In this document: positions 18,821 through 29,744 of the stretch, in pieces | Layout of the letters: the number at the start of each line of letters is the position of its first letter | Numbering within the stretch: the stretch's first letter is position 1 | Source: Bacillota bacterium | GTDB lineage: Bacteria > Bacillota > Clostridia > Oscillospirales > Acutalibacteraceae | NCBI GenBank assembly: GCA_023401495.1 | Contig: JAEXDU010000007.1 | Coordinates: forward strand, 1 to 55,033 | Length of the DNA: 55,033 nt | Direction: 5' to 3' | The notes under the pieces: generated by a model | Told to the model about the DNA's origin: nothing | Databases searched by the model: none | Seen by the model: the letters and a program-made list of their open reading frames with translations, nothing else | Translations under genes and position numbers: made by a program

Positions 18821-19303
18821 ATGGCGATCATCAGAGAATATCAAAAACAGGACGTTCCCGCGTTGACGGAGATCTGGAACACTATCATTGAAGAGGAGAA
18901 TACATTTCCGCAAACTGAATTTCTGACGCAGGAGCAAGCGGAAGAGTTTTTTGCACAGCAGAGCTTTACCGCAGTCGCAGAAGAAGATGGTGAAGTGGTG
19001 GGTTTATACATTCTTCACCCCAATAACGTAGGGCGATGCGGGCATCAGGCCAACGCCGGGTACATGATCCGGCCTTCGGCCAGAGGAAAAGGCATTGGGG
19101 AGCTTTTGGTAAAGCACTCACTGGAAAAGAGCAAGGCTCTTGGTTTTCAGCTTTTACAATTCAATGCCGTGGTAAAAAGCAATGTGCATGCCATCCGTTT
19201 ATACCGCAGGCTGGGCTTTATCGAAATCGGAACCGTTCCCCGCGGCTTTTTGATGAAAGACGGTACTTATCAGGATATTATTTTATTCTATCATACTTTA
19301 TAA
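18821..19303 (+). CDS. GNAT-family N-acetyltransferase
   Basis: LHPNNVGRCGHQANAGY, ARGKGIG, QFNAVVKSN..AIRLYRRLGF. Confidence 0.92.
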   Translation: MAIIREYQKQDVPALTEIWNTIIEEENTFPQTEFLTQEQAEEFFAQQSFTAVAEEDGEVVGLYILHPNNVGRCGHQANAGYMIRPSARGKGIGELLVKHSLEKSKALGFQLLQFNAVVKSNVHAIRLYRRLGFIEIGTVPRGFLMKDGTYQDIILFYHTL

Positions 19304-19488
19304 AACGGAAAATCATTTTCTCCTCCCTTGTGCTTTTGCGGATCACCGAAGCACGGGGGAGGATTTTTATTGTGGGATTGTGGATTTGTTTTTCGTTTTT
19401 CCGGAACTGAAAGAGCTTATGACGTCTTTTCTGAATGCCGGCAAGCAGAAATATTTCAAAAAAAATCAAATTATTTCTGAAAATTAGA

Positions 19489-19517
19489 TTGACTAAAAAA
19501 TAACAACGTGATAAAAT
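19489..19517 (+). promoter_or_regulatory. Sigma-70 promoter with no downstream protein gene
   Basis: TTGACT-17-TAAAAT with TG extension. Confidence 0.6.
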
Positions 19518-19744
19518 GCAAATAAGTTATTTCAATGGCTGGAAAATACATGACTCATGATTCACATAGATTCCGGATGCAAGCTGCTTTGACGGATTCT
19601 TAACCGAATTTCTTAGGGTTTGGCAGCACTTCGGAACAACTACCCCCCTTTGCGGCTCAAAGCGCCAGCGAATCTTTCACTGGTTGCAGAACAGCCTTAC
19701 CGATGCTTACGCCACACTTTTCCCATATTACTATGTAATGAACC

Positions 19745-19784
19745 CCCGAAAGGGCCCGTCTTTTTACAGACGGGCCCTTTCGGG
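19745..19784. terminator. Strong 17-bp hairpin (possibly bidirectional terminator)
   Basis: cccgaaagggcccgtct-N6-agacgggccctttcggg; no clear U-tract. Confidence 0.6.
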
Positions 19785-19870
19785 TGATTAGGATATTTGG
19801 TTTCTACAATCATATCTTGGGGATGGTTCAGTCATTTTAAATGATACTTATGTGATGGCAGATTCTCAAA

Positions 19871-20083
19871 TCAGGCGGTTTTGATTCCTTCCTGATTGAA
19901 GTAAGCATCGATCGATTCCAAATCATAATATTGTCCATTATGTATGAAACCGAGATGCAAAAATGCGGGGTTATATTCCGCTCCATCTTTTTGCGCCGGT
20001 ACAATGCATAACTCAATTAAATCATTATGACTGACTTGAGTCAGTTTGCGTTCCAGCTCTTCTTTTGTTACCATTATTCTCAT
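19871..20083 (-). CDS. Small hypothetical protein (70 aa)
   Basis: AAAGGA RBS, protein-like composition, no recognised motif. Confidence 0.55.
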   Translation of the reverse strand: MRIMVTKEELERKLTQVSHNDLIELCIVPAQKDGAEYNPAFLHLGFIHNGQYYDLESIDAYFNQEGIKTA

Positions 20084-20426
20084 CAGTGTTATACATCCTT
20101 TCTATTTATCACTCATTTTCTGTTTTTAATTATAGCGCATGCATATGGTGAATCTTGTCAAAATATACGTTTATTTCCTGAATTGATTAAAAATGGAGGT
20201 TTTATGAATAATCAGGCGCTTATTTGTAATCCTTTCGGTAAGAATGCCGAAATTGCCAAAATATGCCATGAATCGATAGCGAAAATTCTCGCCATATCAA
20301 AGATTTCGATCTTATCCTTTTCTTTCTGAAGGACTCTCAGGCCGTATTCGTTTTAGGGTTCTTTTGCACGAATGTCGAATTAAGAGAGGCCAAAGAAAAA
20401 TTGTCGAATTTTTTTTAAAAACCTTG

Positions 20427-20455
20427 TTGACAAACAAAAATCGCCATGCTATAAT
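20427..20455 (+). promoter_or_regulatory. Consensus promoter of tRNA-Leu
   Basis: TTGACA-17-TATAAT with TG extension. Confidence 0.9.
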
Positions 20456-20482
20456 ACTCAAGCAGTCAAGCGATTGCGAAAA

Positions 20483-20572
<90 letters not shown>

Positions 20573-20573
20573 A

Positions 20574-20609
20574 CAGAGCAGAAACAATTGTTTCTGCTCT
20601 GTCTTTTTA
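20574..20609 (+). terminator. tRNA-Leu terminator
   Basis: acagagcagaaac-aatt-gtttctgctctgt followed by a T run. Confidence 0.85.
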
Positions 20610-20931
20610 TATCTCAAATTCTATTTTGAAATAGAATAATCCCCGCCATTTTCGCCGCGCCGTATGACTTTTGTCTGTTTATGCTATAATAACCTCACGG
20701 CGTAAGCGAAAGCAAAGCGCCTAAGAGAGCATGGAAGCGCCGGCTTAGCGGTTTTGTTTTCTCGGGCAGTTCTTTTATCAATATAGTTCTGAGCTTGTGC
20801 TATAATAACCTCAGGAAGCTTCTTTTCATAATAAAATACGGTTTTATGGTTGCCGTCATGTCATCATCAGCTTGTATTTGAATATAGGGTAAGTTCTACT
20901 CACAAACAAAAAACAGAATGGAGGCAGTGTT

Positions 20932-21882
20932 ATGTCAGAAATCTATTTAGCGGGCGGTTGTTTTTGGGGTACTGAAAAATACCTCTCTGCTATTCCCGGG
21001 GTTTTATCCACACAGACCGGCTATGCAAACGGAACGACGGATTCCCCGACCTATGAAGAGGTTTGCAACCAAAACACCGGGCACGCCGAAACGGTGCGCG
21101 TTGTTTATGACCCTCAAAAGCTGTCTCTGGGATTTTTGCTGGAGTTGTACTACGGCTCGATCAATCCGCTGTCGCTCAACCGGCAGGGTGGCGACGTCGG
21201 GCGTCAGTACCGCACGGGAATCTATTACACCGATGCAGACGATCTGCCGGTGATCGAACAGTCTCTGGCCCGTTTGCAAAAGCGATACGACCGCCGCATC
21301 GCGATTGAGGTGCAGCCGCTTTCCAATTACTTCCCCGCGGAAGAATACCACCAGAAATACCTGGACAAGAATCCGGGCGGCTATTGCCATATTGCTCCGG
21401 TCCAGTTTGAAAAGGTCAAACAGGCGGTCGTGAATCCCGCGGATTATCAATTACCCGACGACGAGACCCTGCGCAGCAGCTTAACACCTATGCAATACAA
21501 GGTGACACAGCAGCAGGCGACGGAACCGCCGTTCCAGAACGAGTTCGACCATCAATTCCACTCCGGCATCTACGTGGACATCACGACCGGCGAACCGCTT
21601 TTTTCTTCCAGCGATAAATTTGATTCCGGCTGCGGGTGGCCCAGCTTCGCAAAGCCGATTGATCCCAATGTGGTGCGGGAACAAACCGATTCCTCTCACG
21701 GGATGCTGCGCACAGAGGTCAAAAGCCGTGTGGGCGACGCCCACCTGGGCCATGTGTTCCCGGATGGCCCAAAGGAGCTGGGCGGCCAGCGGTACTGCAT
21801 CAACAGCGCCGCGCTGCGGTTTATCCCGAAGGGAGAAATGGAGCGCGAAGGATATGGATACCTTCTGCCGCTTGTTCGCTGA
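20932..21882 (+). CDS. msrAB: Bifunctional peptide methionine sulfoxide reductase MsrA/MsrB
   Basis: [38 protein letters not shown]. Confidence 0.97.
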   Translation: MSEIYLAGGCFWGTEKYLSAIPGVLSTQTGYANGTTDSPTYEEVCNQNTGHAETVRVVYDPQKLSLGFLLELYYGSINPLSLNRQGGDVGRQYRTGIYYTDADDLPVIEQSLARLQKRYDRRIAIEVQPLSNYFPAEEYHQKYLDKNPGGYCHIAPVQFEKVKQAVVNPADYQLPDDETLRSSLTPMQYKVTQQQATEPPFQNEFDHQFHSGIYVDITTGEPLFSSSDKFDSGCGWPSFAKPIDPNVVREQTDSSHGMLRTEVKSRVGDAHLGHVFPDGPKELGGQRYCINSAALRFIPKGEMEREGYGYLLPLVR

Positions 21883-22013
21883 AGATGTACCGGCAAACGA
21901 TTCAGCACTCACCGGCTTTACCGCAATATCTTTTTCGATAGTAAAAAGAAAATGCGCCTTGAAATGGCATGAATGCCAAATCAGGGTGTATTATTTTGCA
22001 TACACAGAGTTCC

Positions 22014-22493
22014 TTACTTTGCTCTGACCAGTTTAACAATGAAAAAAAGAAGAGAGCTGAACAGAAGAATCAGGAAAACCGGAAGAAACCAAACCGGTAA
22101 ACTGTCAGATGACGCGGAGTTCAGCGCCAAATAATCAAACACGATTACCACAATCAGTTTTGTGGTCCCAATCATATCTTTCAGGATTCGATAAACTTTT
22201 GTTTTATTTTCTTCTGTAATGGCAACACCTGTATTCCAAACCTGCGGAAAACGCTCCAGAACAGTGATACCGATGTACATCATCCACCCAATCAACGGCA
22301 GAATCATCAATTCTCCCTTATTTCCCCATCTGTCAACTTCTCCCGCAGCATTATAATGCCCGGGAATAACATTCGGAATATGGTTCCAGTTCACGACCAA
22401 ATACACCACTATCCCAAACAGCAGCAGTAAGCAGAGAAGATTGACTGCAATATCGTATTTGCTTCTCTTGATTGGCATTTTCATCGACCCCAT
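22014..22493 (-). CDS. DUF1648-like membrane protein
   Basis: IPNVIPGHYNAAGEVDRWG motif, four hydrophobic segments. Confidence 0.75.
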   Translation of the reverse strand: MGSMKMPIKRSKYDIAVNLLCLLLLFGIVVYLVVNWNHIPNVIPGHYNAAGEVDRWGNKGELMILPLIGWMMYIGITVLERFPQVWNTGVAITEENKTKVYRILKDMIGTTKLIVVIVFDYLALNSASSDSLPVWFLPVFLILLFSSLLFFIVKLVRAK

Positions 22494-22630
22494 TCCATTG
22501 TGCTATCTGTTTTTCTGCCCGCATTTTGCTTTTATTAAAACTCCCGTTATACCCCTGTCTCCATTTCAAAATTTTCTTCCTGAAGGAAAGCAAATTTCAT
22601 GGTGAAATGTTTCAATATGGTTTTGCCCCG

Positions 22631-23596
22631 TCAGGTTAGCCCGCTTAATAAATTGATGACGGCCATCAGGATAAAACCCAGCCCGCCTAACGAGGTGAAA
22701 TAGGTCTTATATTTGCTTTTATCTGATTTCATCTGTGTCCAGATTTTTTTCATACCTGCTTTTATGGAAAAATCCCGCAGACTAATCTTCTGACGAGCAG
22801 TATAAAGGAGAAAGCATATAACACATAGCACAGTGAACAGAACCCAAAGAGAATAAAAGCGGAGGGATGGGATGCCTTCGTAAAAGGGAAATAGATAGGT
22901 CATCGCCACCATAAAGCCGTTATGCGCCGTATGCAGAAGAATGGGCCACAAAATACTCCCGGTTTTGGCAAAGAGGATTCCGGCGCACAATCCAAGTAAG
23001 AGAGCATAAAAGACTTGAAAACGGACACCGTGTGCGAATGCAAAAACGACGGAAGAAGTAATTACAGCAAACATCGTCCCATATTTTTGCGCGTACTGAA
23101 AACCGATTCTGCGGAATAGAATTTCTTCATTTACAGGACCCAGAATGCAGGGGCCAATGATTGCTATCATTAAATAAAACAAGGGCGCCGGGTTAAATTC
23201 ATCAAGTGAAAATCTCTTCAAAAAAGGAATACTCAATAAAACGATTCCCCATTCACCGAAGAAAAGAGATAATGTTAAAAGGATACTGTCCATAGCCGGA
23301 AGCTTAGGAGCTGTCCTCTTTCCAAGGATAATCTGTTTCGGGGTAGTCCGAAACAGGCGGCTGCCGAAAACAAGTGCAAGGATCAAAGCGATACACAACA
23401 GTAAAATTCGGCCTAAATCATCCACCAATGCGCTTTTCACGCTTCTTTGAACAATCTGTACAACAATCGAAGACAAACCGTAAGAAGAGAGAAAAAGAAG
23501 CAGAAGGCGGTTTGCGAAAGACGCAATCTCTTCCAAATCCTGCTTACTCTCCTGCAAGCCGATTGTACTGCCTTCAACGGGTTCCTTTTCTTGCAT
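22631..23596 (-). CDS. CPBP-family (CAAX/Abi) intramembrane metalloprotease
   Basis: EEILFR, FAFAH, HTAHN motifs. Confidence 0.88.
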   Translation of the reverse strand: MQEKEPVEGSTIGLQESKQDLEEIASFANRLLLLFLSSYGLSSIVVQIVQRSVKSALVDDLGRILLLCIALILALVFGSRLFRTTPKQIILGKRTAPKLPAMDSILLTLSLFFGEWGIVLLSIPFLKRFSLDEFNPAPLFYLMIAIIGPCILGPVNEEILFRRIGFQYAQKYGTMFAVITSSVVFAFAHGVRFQVFYALLLGLCAGILFAKTGSILWPILLHTAHNGFMVAMTYLFPFYEGIPSLRFYSLWVLFTVLCVICFLLYTARQKISLRDFSIKAGMKKIWTQMKSDKSKYKTYFTSLGGLGFILMAVINLLSGLT

Positions 23597-23871
23597 ACCA
23601 ATTCCTCCTATTCTCCTTTTATTTAAACGATAAAAATGAAAAGAATGTAAGAGAGGCTATTCTAAAATTTCATGTTGCAAGTACAATAATTCTAAATAAC
23701 GATTCAGCAGCACCGCAAGCCTTTTTACAGTATATCACAAACACAAAGTCTCCCCTGTGTTCTATTGGCAAATGAGCAAGATTGGTATATTCAGGATTTC
23801 CTTTCACATCATAAAACGGCGCCCCCGCAAAAGCAGGGGCGCCGCATAAAAGGGAATCGATATAAGCGGTA

Positions 23872-25356
23872 TCAGAGTGTTACGCCGTCTTTGAAGATCG
23901 GCAGGTCGCGCTTGTCCAGGCTTTCGGATTTTGCGTGCTTGCTGCCGGAAGCGACATCCACGACAAAATTGAAAAACTCCTCGGCGACGTCGCGCATGGA
24001 ACGACCCTCCAGAAGTTGACCGGCATTAAAGTCGATCCATCCGGATTTTTTCTGGCTGAGCGCCGTGTTACTGGAAATCTTGATGGTCGGCACCGGACAG
24101 GCAAACGGCGTGCCGCGGCCCGTGGTAAACAGGACGATATGCGCCCCGGAGATCGCCAGCGCTGTGGACGCCACCAGATCATTGCCCGGCCCTTGCAGCA
24201 GGTTGAGTCCCTTCTGGGTAACTGCCTGACCATAACTCAGGACATCCACCACCTTGCTGCTGCCGCCCTTCTGGATGCACCCGAGGGATTTATCCTCCAG
24301 TGTGGTGATTCCGCCGGCTTTGTTGCCGGGGGACGGGTTAGAGTCGATCTCTTCCCCATAGCGCATAAAGTATTTTTTAAAGTTGTTGATCAGGTCGACA
24401 GTCTTTTCAAAGGTCTGGCGGTCTTTTCCGCGGTTCATCAGGATCGTTTCTGCGCCGAACATTTCCGGCACCTCGGTCAAGATGCTCGTACCGCCCTGCG
24501 CGACCAGCAGATCGGAAAACGCGCCGACAAGCGGGTTCGCGGTGATGCCGGAGAAGCCGTCGGAGCCGCCGCATTTCAGGCCGATCACAAGATCGGAAAC
24601 GCTGCACTCCTCCCGATGGAACTGCGACGCATACTGGCACAGCTCTTCCATCAGGCGGACGCCCTCCTCGACCTCGTCTTCAAATTCCTGACAGATCATA
24701 AATTTGATGCGCTCGGGGTCGTAATCCCCCAGCACCTTCTTCATCTGTTCCATGGTGTTGTTTTCACAGCCGAGACCCACCACCAAAACCGCTCCGGCGT
24801 TCGGGTGATGCGCCATCCCTGCCAGAGCCAGCTGGGTGTTCACATGGTCGCCGGAAAGCTGCGAGCAGCCGTAGGGATGGGTATAACAGAAGATGCCGTC
24901 CAGCTCGGGTGTTAAAAACTGCTGGGACTGCAGCTCGATCTGCTTGACGATGGAATTGACGCACCCCACGGTCGGGATGATCCAGACCTCGTTGCGAACA
25001 CCCACCTTACCGTCTTTTCTGCGGTAGCCCTGAAAGCTTTTGGGCGCGAGGGCCTCCAGCTCGTGGAAATCGGGCGTGTAGGTGTAGTCCAACAGCTCGC
25101 CGAGCGTCGTTTTGACATTATGGGTATGCACCCACTCCCCGCGCTGAATCAGGCGGGCCGCGGTGCCGATGGGAAAGCCGTATTTGATGATCGGCTCTCC
25201 CTTCTCCATCTCTTTCAGTGCAATCTTATGGCCCGGCGGCACATCGTTTACCGTGGTCAGCTCTTGTCCGTCCACATCGAGCACCGTTCCCGCGGGAATC
25301 GGCTGCAGTGCGACGATGACCGTATCTTTCGGGTTAATTTGATAAAACTGGTTCAT
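23872..25356 (-). CDS. uxaA: Altronate dehydratase
   Basis: N-terminal SAF domain, IPTVGCVN, HPYGCSQL, LGCENN, KCGGSDG, FTTGRG. Confidence 0.95.
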   Translation of the reverse strand: MNQFYQINPKDTVIVALQPIPAGTVLDVDGQELTTVNDVPPGHKIALKEMEKGEPIIKYGFPIGTAARLIQRGEWVHTHNVKTTLGELLDYTYTPDFHELEALAPKSFQGYRRKDGKVGVRNEVWIIPTVGCVNSIVKQIELQSQQFLTPELDGIFCYTHPYGCSQLSGDHVNTQLALAGMAHHPNAGAVLVVGLGCENNTMEQMKKVLGDYDPERIKFMICQEFEDEVEEGVRLMEELCQYASQFHREECSVSDLVIGLKCGGSDGFSGITANPLVGAFSDLLVAQGGTSILTEVPEMFGAETILMNRGKDRQTFEKTVDLINNFKKYFMRYGEEIDSNPSPGNKAGGITTLEDKSLGCIQKGGSSKVVDVLSYGQAVTQKGLNLLQGPGNDLVASTALAISGAHIVLFTTGRGTPFACPVPTIKISSNTALSQKKSGWIDFNAGQLLEGRSMRDVAEEFFNFVVDVASGSKHAKSESLDKRDLPIFKDGVTL

Positions 25357-25371
25357 AGAAGCCCCCTCCGT

Positions 25372-26847
25372 TTATTTTCCCAGCAGCTTGCGAATTGCGG
25401 CTGTCATTCCGTTCACGCGGATGTCCTCGAGATCGGCGGTTACTGCTTCCGCAAAATCGCCGTACTTTGTCAGGTCCTCGCCCCAGAATTCCACATGCGA
25501 CGCGGCCGCGCGCACATATTCCGCCACGGGCAGCTTGCAGTGCTCCAGGAAGAATTCCATAACCGGCTCATCGTCCTTAAAACGATAAGGCTCGCCGCCG
25601 CGCAGGCAGACCATCACGCCGTCTTCCAGCTTTTCAATGGTATAGAACGCGAGCAGAGCCGCAAAGGAGAAGGTGAGGAATTTGGGCGCTTTGCCGCTTG
25701 CCGCATACTGATCTTTAAAGGTGGGCAGAATGCGGGATTTCCATTTGGAAACAGAGTTCAGCGCGATGGAGAGAATCTCGTGATCGACAAACGGGTTGTC
25801 AAAGCGCTCCAGCACCGAGTTGGCAAAGGCCTCCGCCTGCTCGCGGGGCAGCTTGACAGTGGGGACGATCTCGTCGAACACGGTGCGCTCCATCAGTTCA
25901 CGGCACAGGGGGTCCTGCATCGCGTCGCGCACGATGTTTTTGCCGGTCAGATACGCCGCCAGAACACAGGAGGTATGCGCGCCGTTGAGGATACGCACCT
26001 TTCTCTCGCGGTACGGCTTCTGGTTATCGGTAAAGATCACGTCCATCCCGGCTTTGCCGAGATGATCGATCGGCAGCTCGCCGGAGATATCCTTGTCGCT
26101 CTCGATGACCCACAGCGCGAACGGCTCGCCGGCATCCAACAGCTCATCCTGATAGCCGAGCTCTTTTTCGCAGATCGCATCGGCTTCCCCTCTGGGGTAA
26201 CCGCTGACAATGCGGTCTACCAGCGTGCTGCAGAACACGCAGCTTTCGGCCACCCAGCTTTTGAATTCATCGCCGAGCTTCCACAGGTCGATCAGGCGGT
26301 TCACACAGTCGCGCAGCTTGCCGCCGTTGTTCTCGATCAGCTCCACCGGCAGCATGATCAGACCCTTGTCCTGCGCACCGGCAAACGCCTGCCAGCGCTC
26401 ATGCAGGAACTTGGTCAGCTTGCCGGGGTAGGTGTTGGGGGGAGTCAGCTCAAAGCGGTCGGTTTCGTCATAGACGATGCCCGCTTCCGTCGTGTTCGAC
26501 ACCACAAAGCGCAGGCCGGGGAGCTTCGCCAGGGCGGCGTATTCCTCGTACTCGCCGTAAGCGTCCACCACCTGATTGATGCAGGTGACCACGCGGTTTT
26601 CCACATAGGGCTCGCCGTTTCTGCGGCCGCGCAGAGAAACCGTATACAGATTGTTCTGCTTGTGAAAACGCTCCAGAGTTCCGAACGAGATCGGCTTTAC
26701 CACAGCCACGTCGCCGTTGAACGCGCCCTTCTCGTTGGCGACGTCAATAAAATAGTCCACAAAGGCTCTCAAAAAATTCCCTTCGCCGAATTGTACGACC
26801 TTTATCTCGCGGGGTGTGCGCGAATGAAGCTCCTGAATCTGTTTCAT
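25372..26847 (-). CDS. uxaB: Tagaturonate (altronate) oxidoreductase
   Basis: QFGEGNFLRAF, SNTTEAGI, LVDRIV, RILNGAHT; start MKQIQ at 26847 after AAGGAG. Confidence 0.95.
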   Translation of the reverse strand: MKQIQELHSRTPREIKVVQFGEGNFLRAFVDYFIDVANEKGAFNGDVAVVKPISFGTLERFHKQNNLYTVSLRGRRNGEPYVENRVVTCINQVVDAYGEYEEYAALAKLPGLRFVVSNTTEAGIVYDETDRFELTPPNTYPGKLTKFLHERWQAFAGAQDKGLIMLPVELIENNGGKLRDCVNRLIDLWKLGDEFKSWVAESCVFCSTLVDRIVSGYPRGEADAICEKELGYQDELLDAGEPFALWVIESDKDISGELPIDHLGKAGMDVIFTDNQKPYRERKVRILNGAHTSCVLAAYLTGKNIVRDAMQDPLCRELMERTVFDEIVPTVKLPREQAEAFANSVLERFDNPFVDHEILSIALNSVSKWKSRILPTFKDQYAASGKAPKFLTFSFAALLAFYTIEKLEDGVMVCLRGGEPYRFKDDEPVMEFFLEHCKLPVAEYVRAAASHVEFWGEDLTKYGDFAEAVTADLEDIRVNGMTAAIRKLLGK

Positions 26848-26941
26848 AACAACGATAACTCCTTTTCCTAACTGTTCTTCAAGGAAAGCATCAAAGGATA
26901 CCTCTTCCCACTTTTCCATTGAAGATTTCCATTTACAGTCG

Positions 26942-27107
26942 ATGTAAGTGCTTACATTTTTCATTTTAGCATTTAGGGGACAAATGTCAATAGATTTTTC
27001 AAAAGCTTTTGTATTATTCTTTCATCATCCATAAAAACTAAATTTTCAGGAAAATATCCTTGATTTTTTAGATAGAAAAGGATATACTCAATTGTAAGCC
27101 CTTACAA
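26942..27107. promoter_or_regulatory. Divergent uxaB/lacI control region with two LacI-type operators
   Basis: atgtaagtgcttacat (26942-26957) and ttgtaagcccttacaa (27092-27107); minus-strand TTGACA-16-TAAAAT (26963-26990). Confidence 0.8.
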
Positions 27108-27127
27108 AAGAGGTGATGCATCGTTTT

Positions 27128-28120
27128 ATGAATATTTATGATATTGCGCAGCGCAGCGGTGTTTCGATCGCTACGGTTTCGCGCGTGATGAACGGCAGCC
27201 CCAACGTGAGCGCCGCCACGCGGGAAAAGGTGATGGCCGTGATCGTGCAGGAAGATTATATTCCGAACGCGTTTGCGCGGGGCCTGAACCTGAATTCTAT
27301 GAAAATCATCGGGATTCTGTGCACCGATATTGCCGATACCTTTTACGCGAAGGCGGTTTCTCTGGTAGAGGGACTGCTGCGCCGGAACGGATTTGACGCG
27401 CTTTTGTGCTGCACCGGGAATGACCTGGAGGACAAGAAAAAATACCTGGAGCTGCTTTTGGCCAAACGGGTGGACGCGGTAATTCTCATTGGCTCCGCTT
27501 TTAAAGAGAATGTGGACAACAGCCATATTGAAAACGCGGCAAAGCAGGTTCCCGTCATTATTATCAACGGGCTGGTAGAGCTGCCCGGCACCTATTGCGT
27601 CACCTGCGACGAGCAGTCCGCCGTAGCGCAGAACGTGGCTCTGCTGAACCGCCAGAAGCACCGCGATATTCTCTATCTTTACGATATCCTGACGTACAGC
27701 GGCTGCTCCAAGCTCAGCGGCTACCGCGCCGGGATGAAGCAGTGCGGACTGCCGGTCAATGAAAACCTGATCATACAGGTGCCCAAGTCAGTGGATGAAG
27801 TCAAACGCCGCGTGCTTTCGCTTCTGGAATCCGGCGTGTCTTTCAGCGCCGTGATGGCATCGGAAGACCTGCTGGCGATCGGCGCGATGAAAGCGCTGCA
27901 GGAATTTGGCCGCAGCGCGCCGGTGATCGGCTTTAACAACTCGATTTTGTCTGAGTGCTGCTCCCCTTCCCTCACGAGTGTGGACAACATGCTCGACACG
28001 CTCTGCCCCGCGGCCATCTCAATGCTGACCGGGATTCTGGAGGGAAAAAGTGTACCGCAGAAAATGGTGATCTCCGCTACGCTGGTACAGCGGGACACCT
28101 TTCATACCGATCTGCAATAA
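27128..28120 (+). CDS. LacI-family regulator of hexuronate genes
   Basis: MNIYDIAQRSGVSIATVSRVMN; context between uxaB and uxaC. Confidence 0.93.
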   Translation: MNIYDIAQRSGVSIATVSRVMNGSPNVSAATREKVMAVIVQEDYIPNAFARGLNLNSMKIIGILCTDIADTFYAKAVSLVEGLLRRNGFDALLCCTGNDLEDKKKYLELLLAKRVDAVILIGSAFKENVDNSHIENAAKQVPVIIINGLVELPGTYCVTCDEQSAVAQNVALLNRQKHRDILYLYDILTYSGCSKLSGYRAGMKQCGLPVNENLIIQVPKSVDEVKRRVLSLLESGVSFSAVMASEDLLAIGAMKALQEFGRSAPVIGFNNSILSECCSPSLTSVDNMLDTLCPAAISMLTGILEGKSVPQKMVISATLVQRDTFHTDLQ

Positions 28121-28241
28121 AAAAGTGAAAAGCTGGTTGTTCGCTCCCGCTTTCAGCAGGAGAAAAACAACCGCTGCGATTCCACGTTTTATGGAAGATT
28201 GGTATTCAATGTGATGAAAGAAAGAACTGGAGGATCAAATC

Positions 28242-29651
28242 ATGAAAAAGTTTTTGGATGACGATTTCCTGTTGACCAATGAAACGGCGAGAACGCTGTT
28301 TCACGACTACGCGAGCAAAATGCCGATCATCGACTATCACTGCCACATCATCCCGCAGGAGATCGCCGAGGACCGCAAGTTTGACAACATCACGCAGGTA
28401 TGGCTGGGCGGCGACCATTACAAATGGCGTGTCATCCGCTCCTGCGGCGTAGACGAGGATTTGATTACCGGCAACAAGAGCAGCGACCGCGAAAAATTCC
28501 AGAAATTTGCCGAGTGCCTGCCGAAAGCGATCGGCAACCCGGTCTACCACTGGACGCACCTGGAGCTGCGCCGCTACTTTGGCTACGACGGCGTTTTGAA
28601 CGCCGACACCGCCGAGGAAGTGTGGAACGTGTGCAACAAAAAGCTGCAGGAAGACGGCATGAGCGTTCGCGGGCTGATCAAGCAGTCCAACGTGAGGGCA
28701 ATCGCAACCACCGATGATCCGATCGATTCTTTGGAATGGCACCAGAAGCTGAAGGACGACCCCACTTTCGATGTAAAGGTGGTACCGGCCTGGCGCCCCG
28801 ACAAGGCAATGAATATCAACAAGCCCGACTTTGCGGAATACATGCAGAAGCTCGCAAAGGTTAGCGGCGTTTCCATTCAGACCGTCGAAGATGTGCGCAC
28901 CGCGCTGGCCAAACGAATGGAATTCTTCGACAGCATGGGCTGCCGCGCCTCTGACCACGGCGTGGATTATCTGATGTACAATCCCGCTACGGAAGAAGAG
29001 CTCAACGCCATCCTGAAAAAGGGTCTGAACGGTCAGGCTTTGACACAGGACGAAATCGAAAAATACAAATATGCGATTCTTCTGTTTGTCGGCCGCAAAT
29101 ACGCGAAGCTCGGCTGGGTGATGGAGCTGCATTACGGCGCGCTGCGCAGCGTAAACGACCGCATGTTTGACCGCGTCGGCCCCGACAGCGGCTTTGACTG
29201 CATCGCCACCTACTGCTGCGCGGACGGCGCAGCGAAATTCCTGAACGAGCTGAACAACACCGGCGAGCTGCCCAAAACCATTATCTATCCCCTGAACCCC
29301 ACGGACAACGCGATGGTCGGCGCCCTGATCGGGTGCTTCCAGGGAACCGAAGCGGAAGGCAAGCTGCAACAGGGCTCCGCATGGTGGTTCAACGACACCA
29401 AGACGGGCATGATCGAGCAGATGATGAGCCTCGCGAATCTTGGAGTACTCGGCACCTTTGCCGGTATGCTGACCGACTCCAGAAGCTTTTTGTCCTACAC
29501 CCGCCACGAGTATTTCCGCCGCATCCTGTGCAACCTGATCGGCACATGGGTAGAAAACGGCGAATATCCGGATGATATCGAGTACCTTGGCAAGATGGTA
29601 CAGGATATTTCCTTCAACAATACCAACCGCTATTTTGGGTTTCACGTATAA
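28242..29651 (+). CDS. uxaC: Uronate isomerase
   Basis: PIIDYHCH, GDHYKWR, WWFND, LTDSRSFLSY.RHEYFRR. Confidence 0.97.
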   Translation: MKKFLDDDFLLTNETARTLFHDYASKMPIIDYHCHIIPQEIAEDRKFDNITQVWLGGDHYKWRVIRSCGVDEDLITGNKSSDREKFQKFAECLPKAIGNPVYHWTHLELRRYFGYDGVLNADTAEEVWNVCNKKLQEDGMSVRGLIKQSNVRAIATTDDPIDSLEWHQKLKDDPTFDVKVVPAWRPDKAMNINKPDFAEYMQKLAKVSGVSIQTVEDVRTALAKRMEFFDSMGCRASDHGVDYLMYNPATEEELNAILKKGLNGQALTQDEIEKYKYAILLFVGRKYAKLGWVMELHYGALRSVNDRMFDRVGPDSGFDCIATYCCADGAAKFLNELNNTGELPKTIIYPLNPTDNAMVGALIGCFQGTEAEGKLQQGSAWWFNDTKTGMIEQMMSLANLGVLGTFAGMLTDSRSFLSYTRHEYFRRILCNLIGTWVENGEYPDDIEYLGKMVQDISFNNTNRYFGFHV

Positions 29652-29675
29652 TCCTTTTTCATCTTCCCCCCTAAT

Positions 29676-29712
29676 TGGAAAGGGCCTCCGCAAATTGCGG
29701 AGGCCCTTTCCA
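29676..29712. terminator. Hairpin between convergent genes
   Basis: tggaaagggcctccgcaa-a-ttgcggaggccctttcca. Confidence 0.75.
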
Positions 29713-29744
29713 TTGCAGCCGGAGAGTTTCTTTTGGCAGCCTGA

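Noticed and set aside
25063..26871. 602-aa plus-strand ORF
   Set aside because: Antisense shadow of uxaB/uxaA caused by GC-rich codon bias; no recognisable motifs.
28206..29693. 495-aa minus-strand ORF
   Set aside because: Antisense shadow of uxaC.
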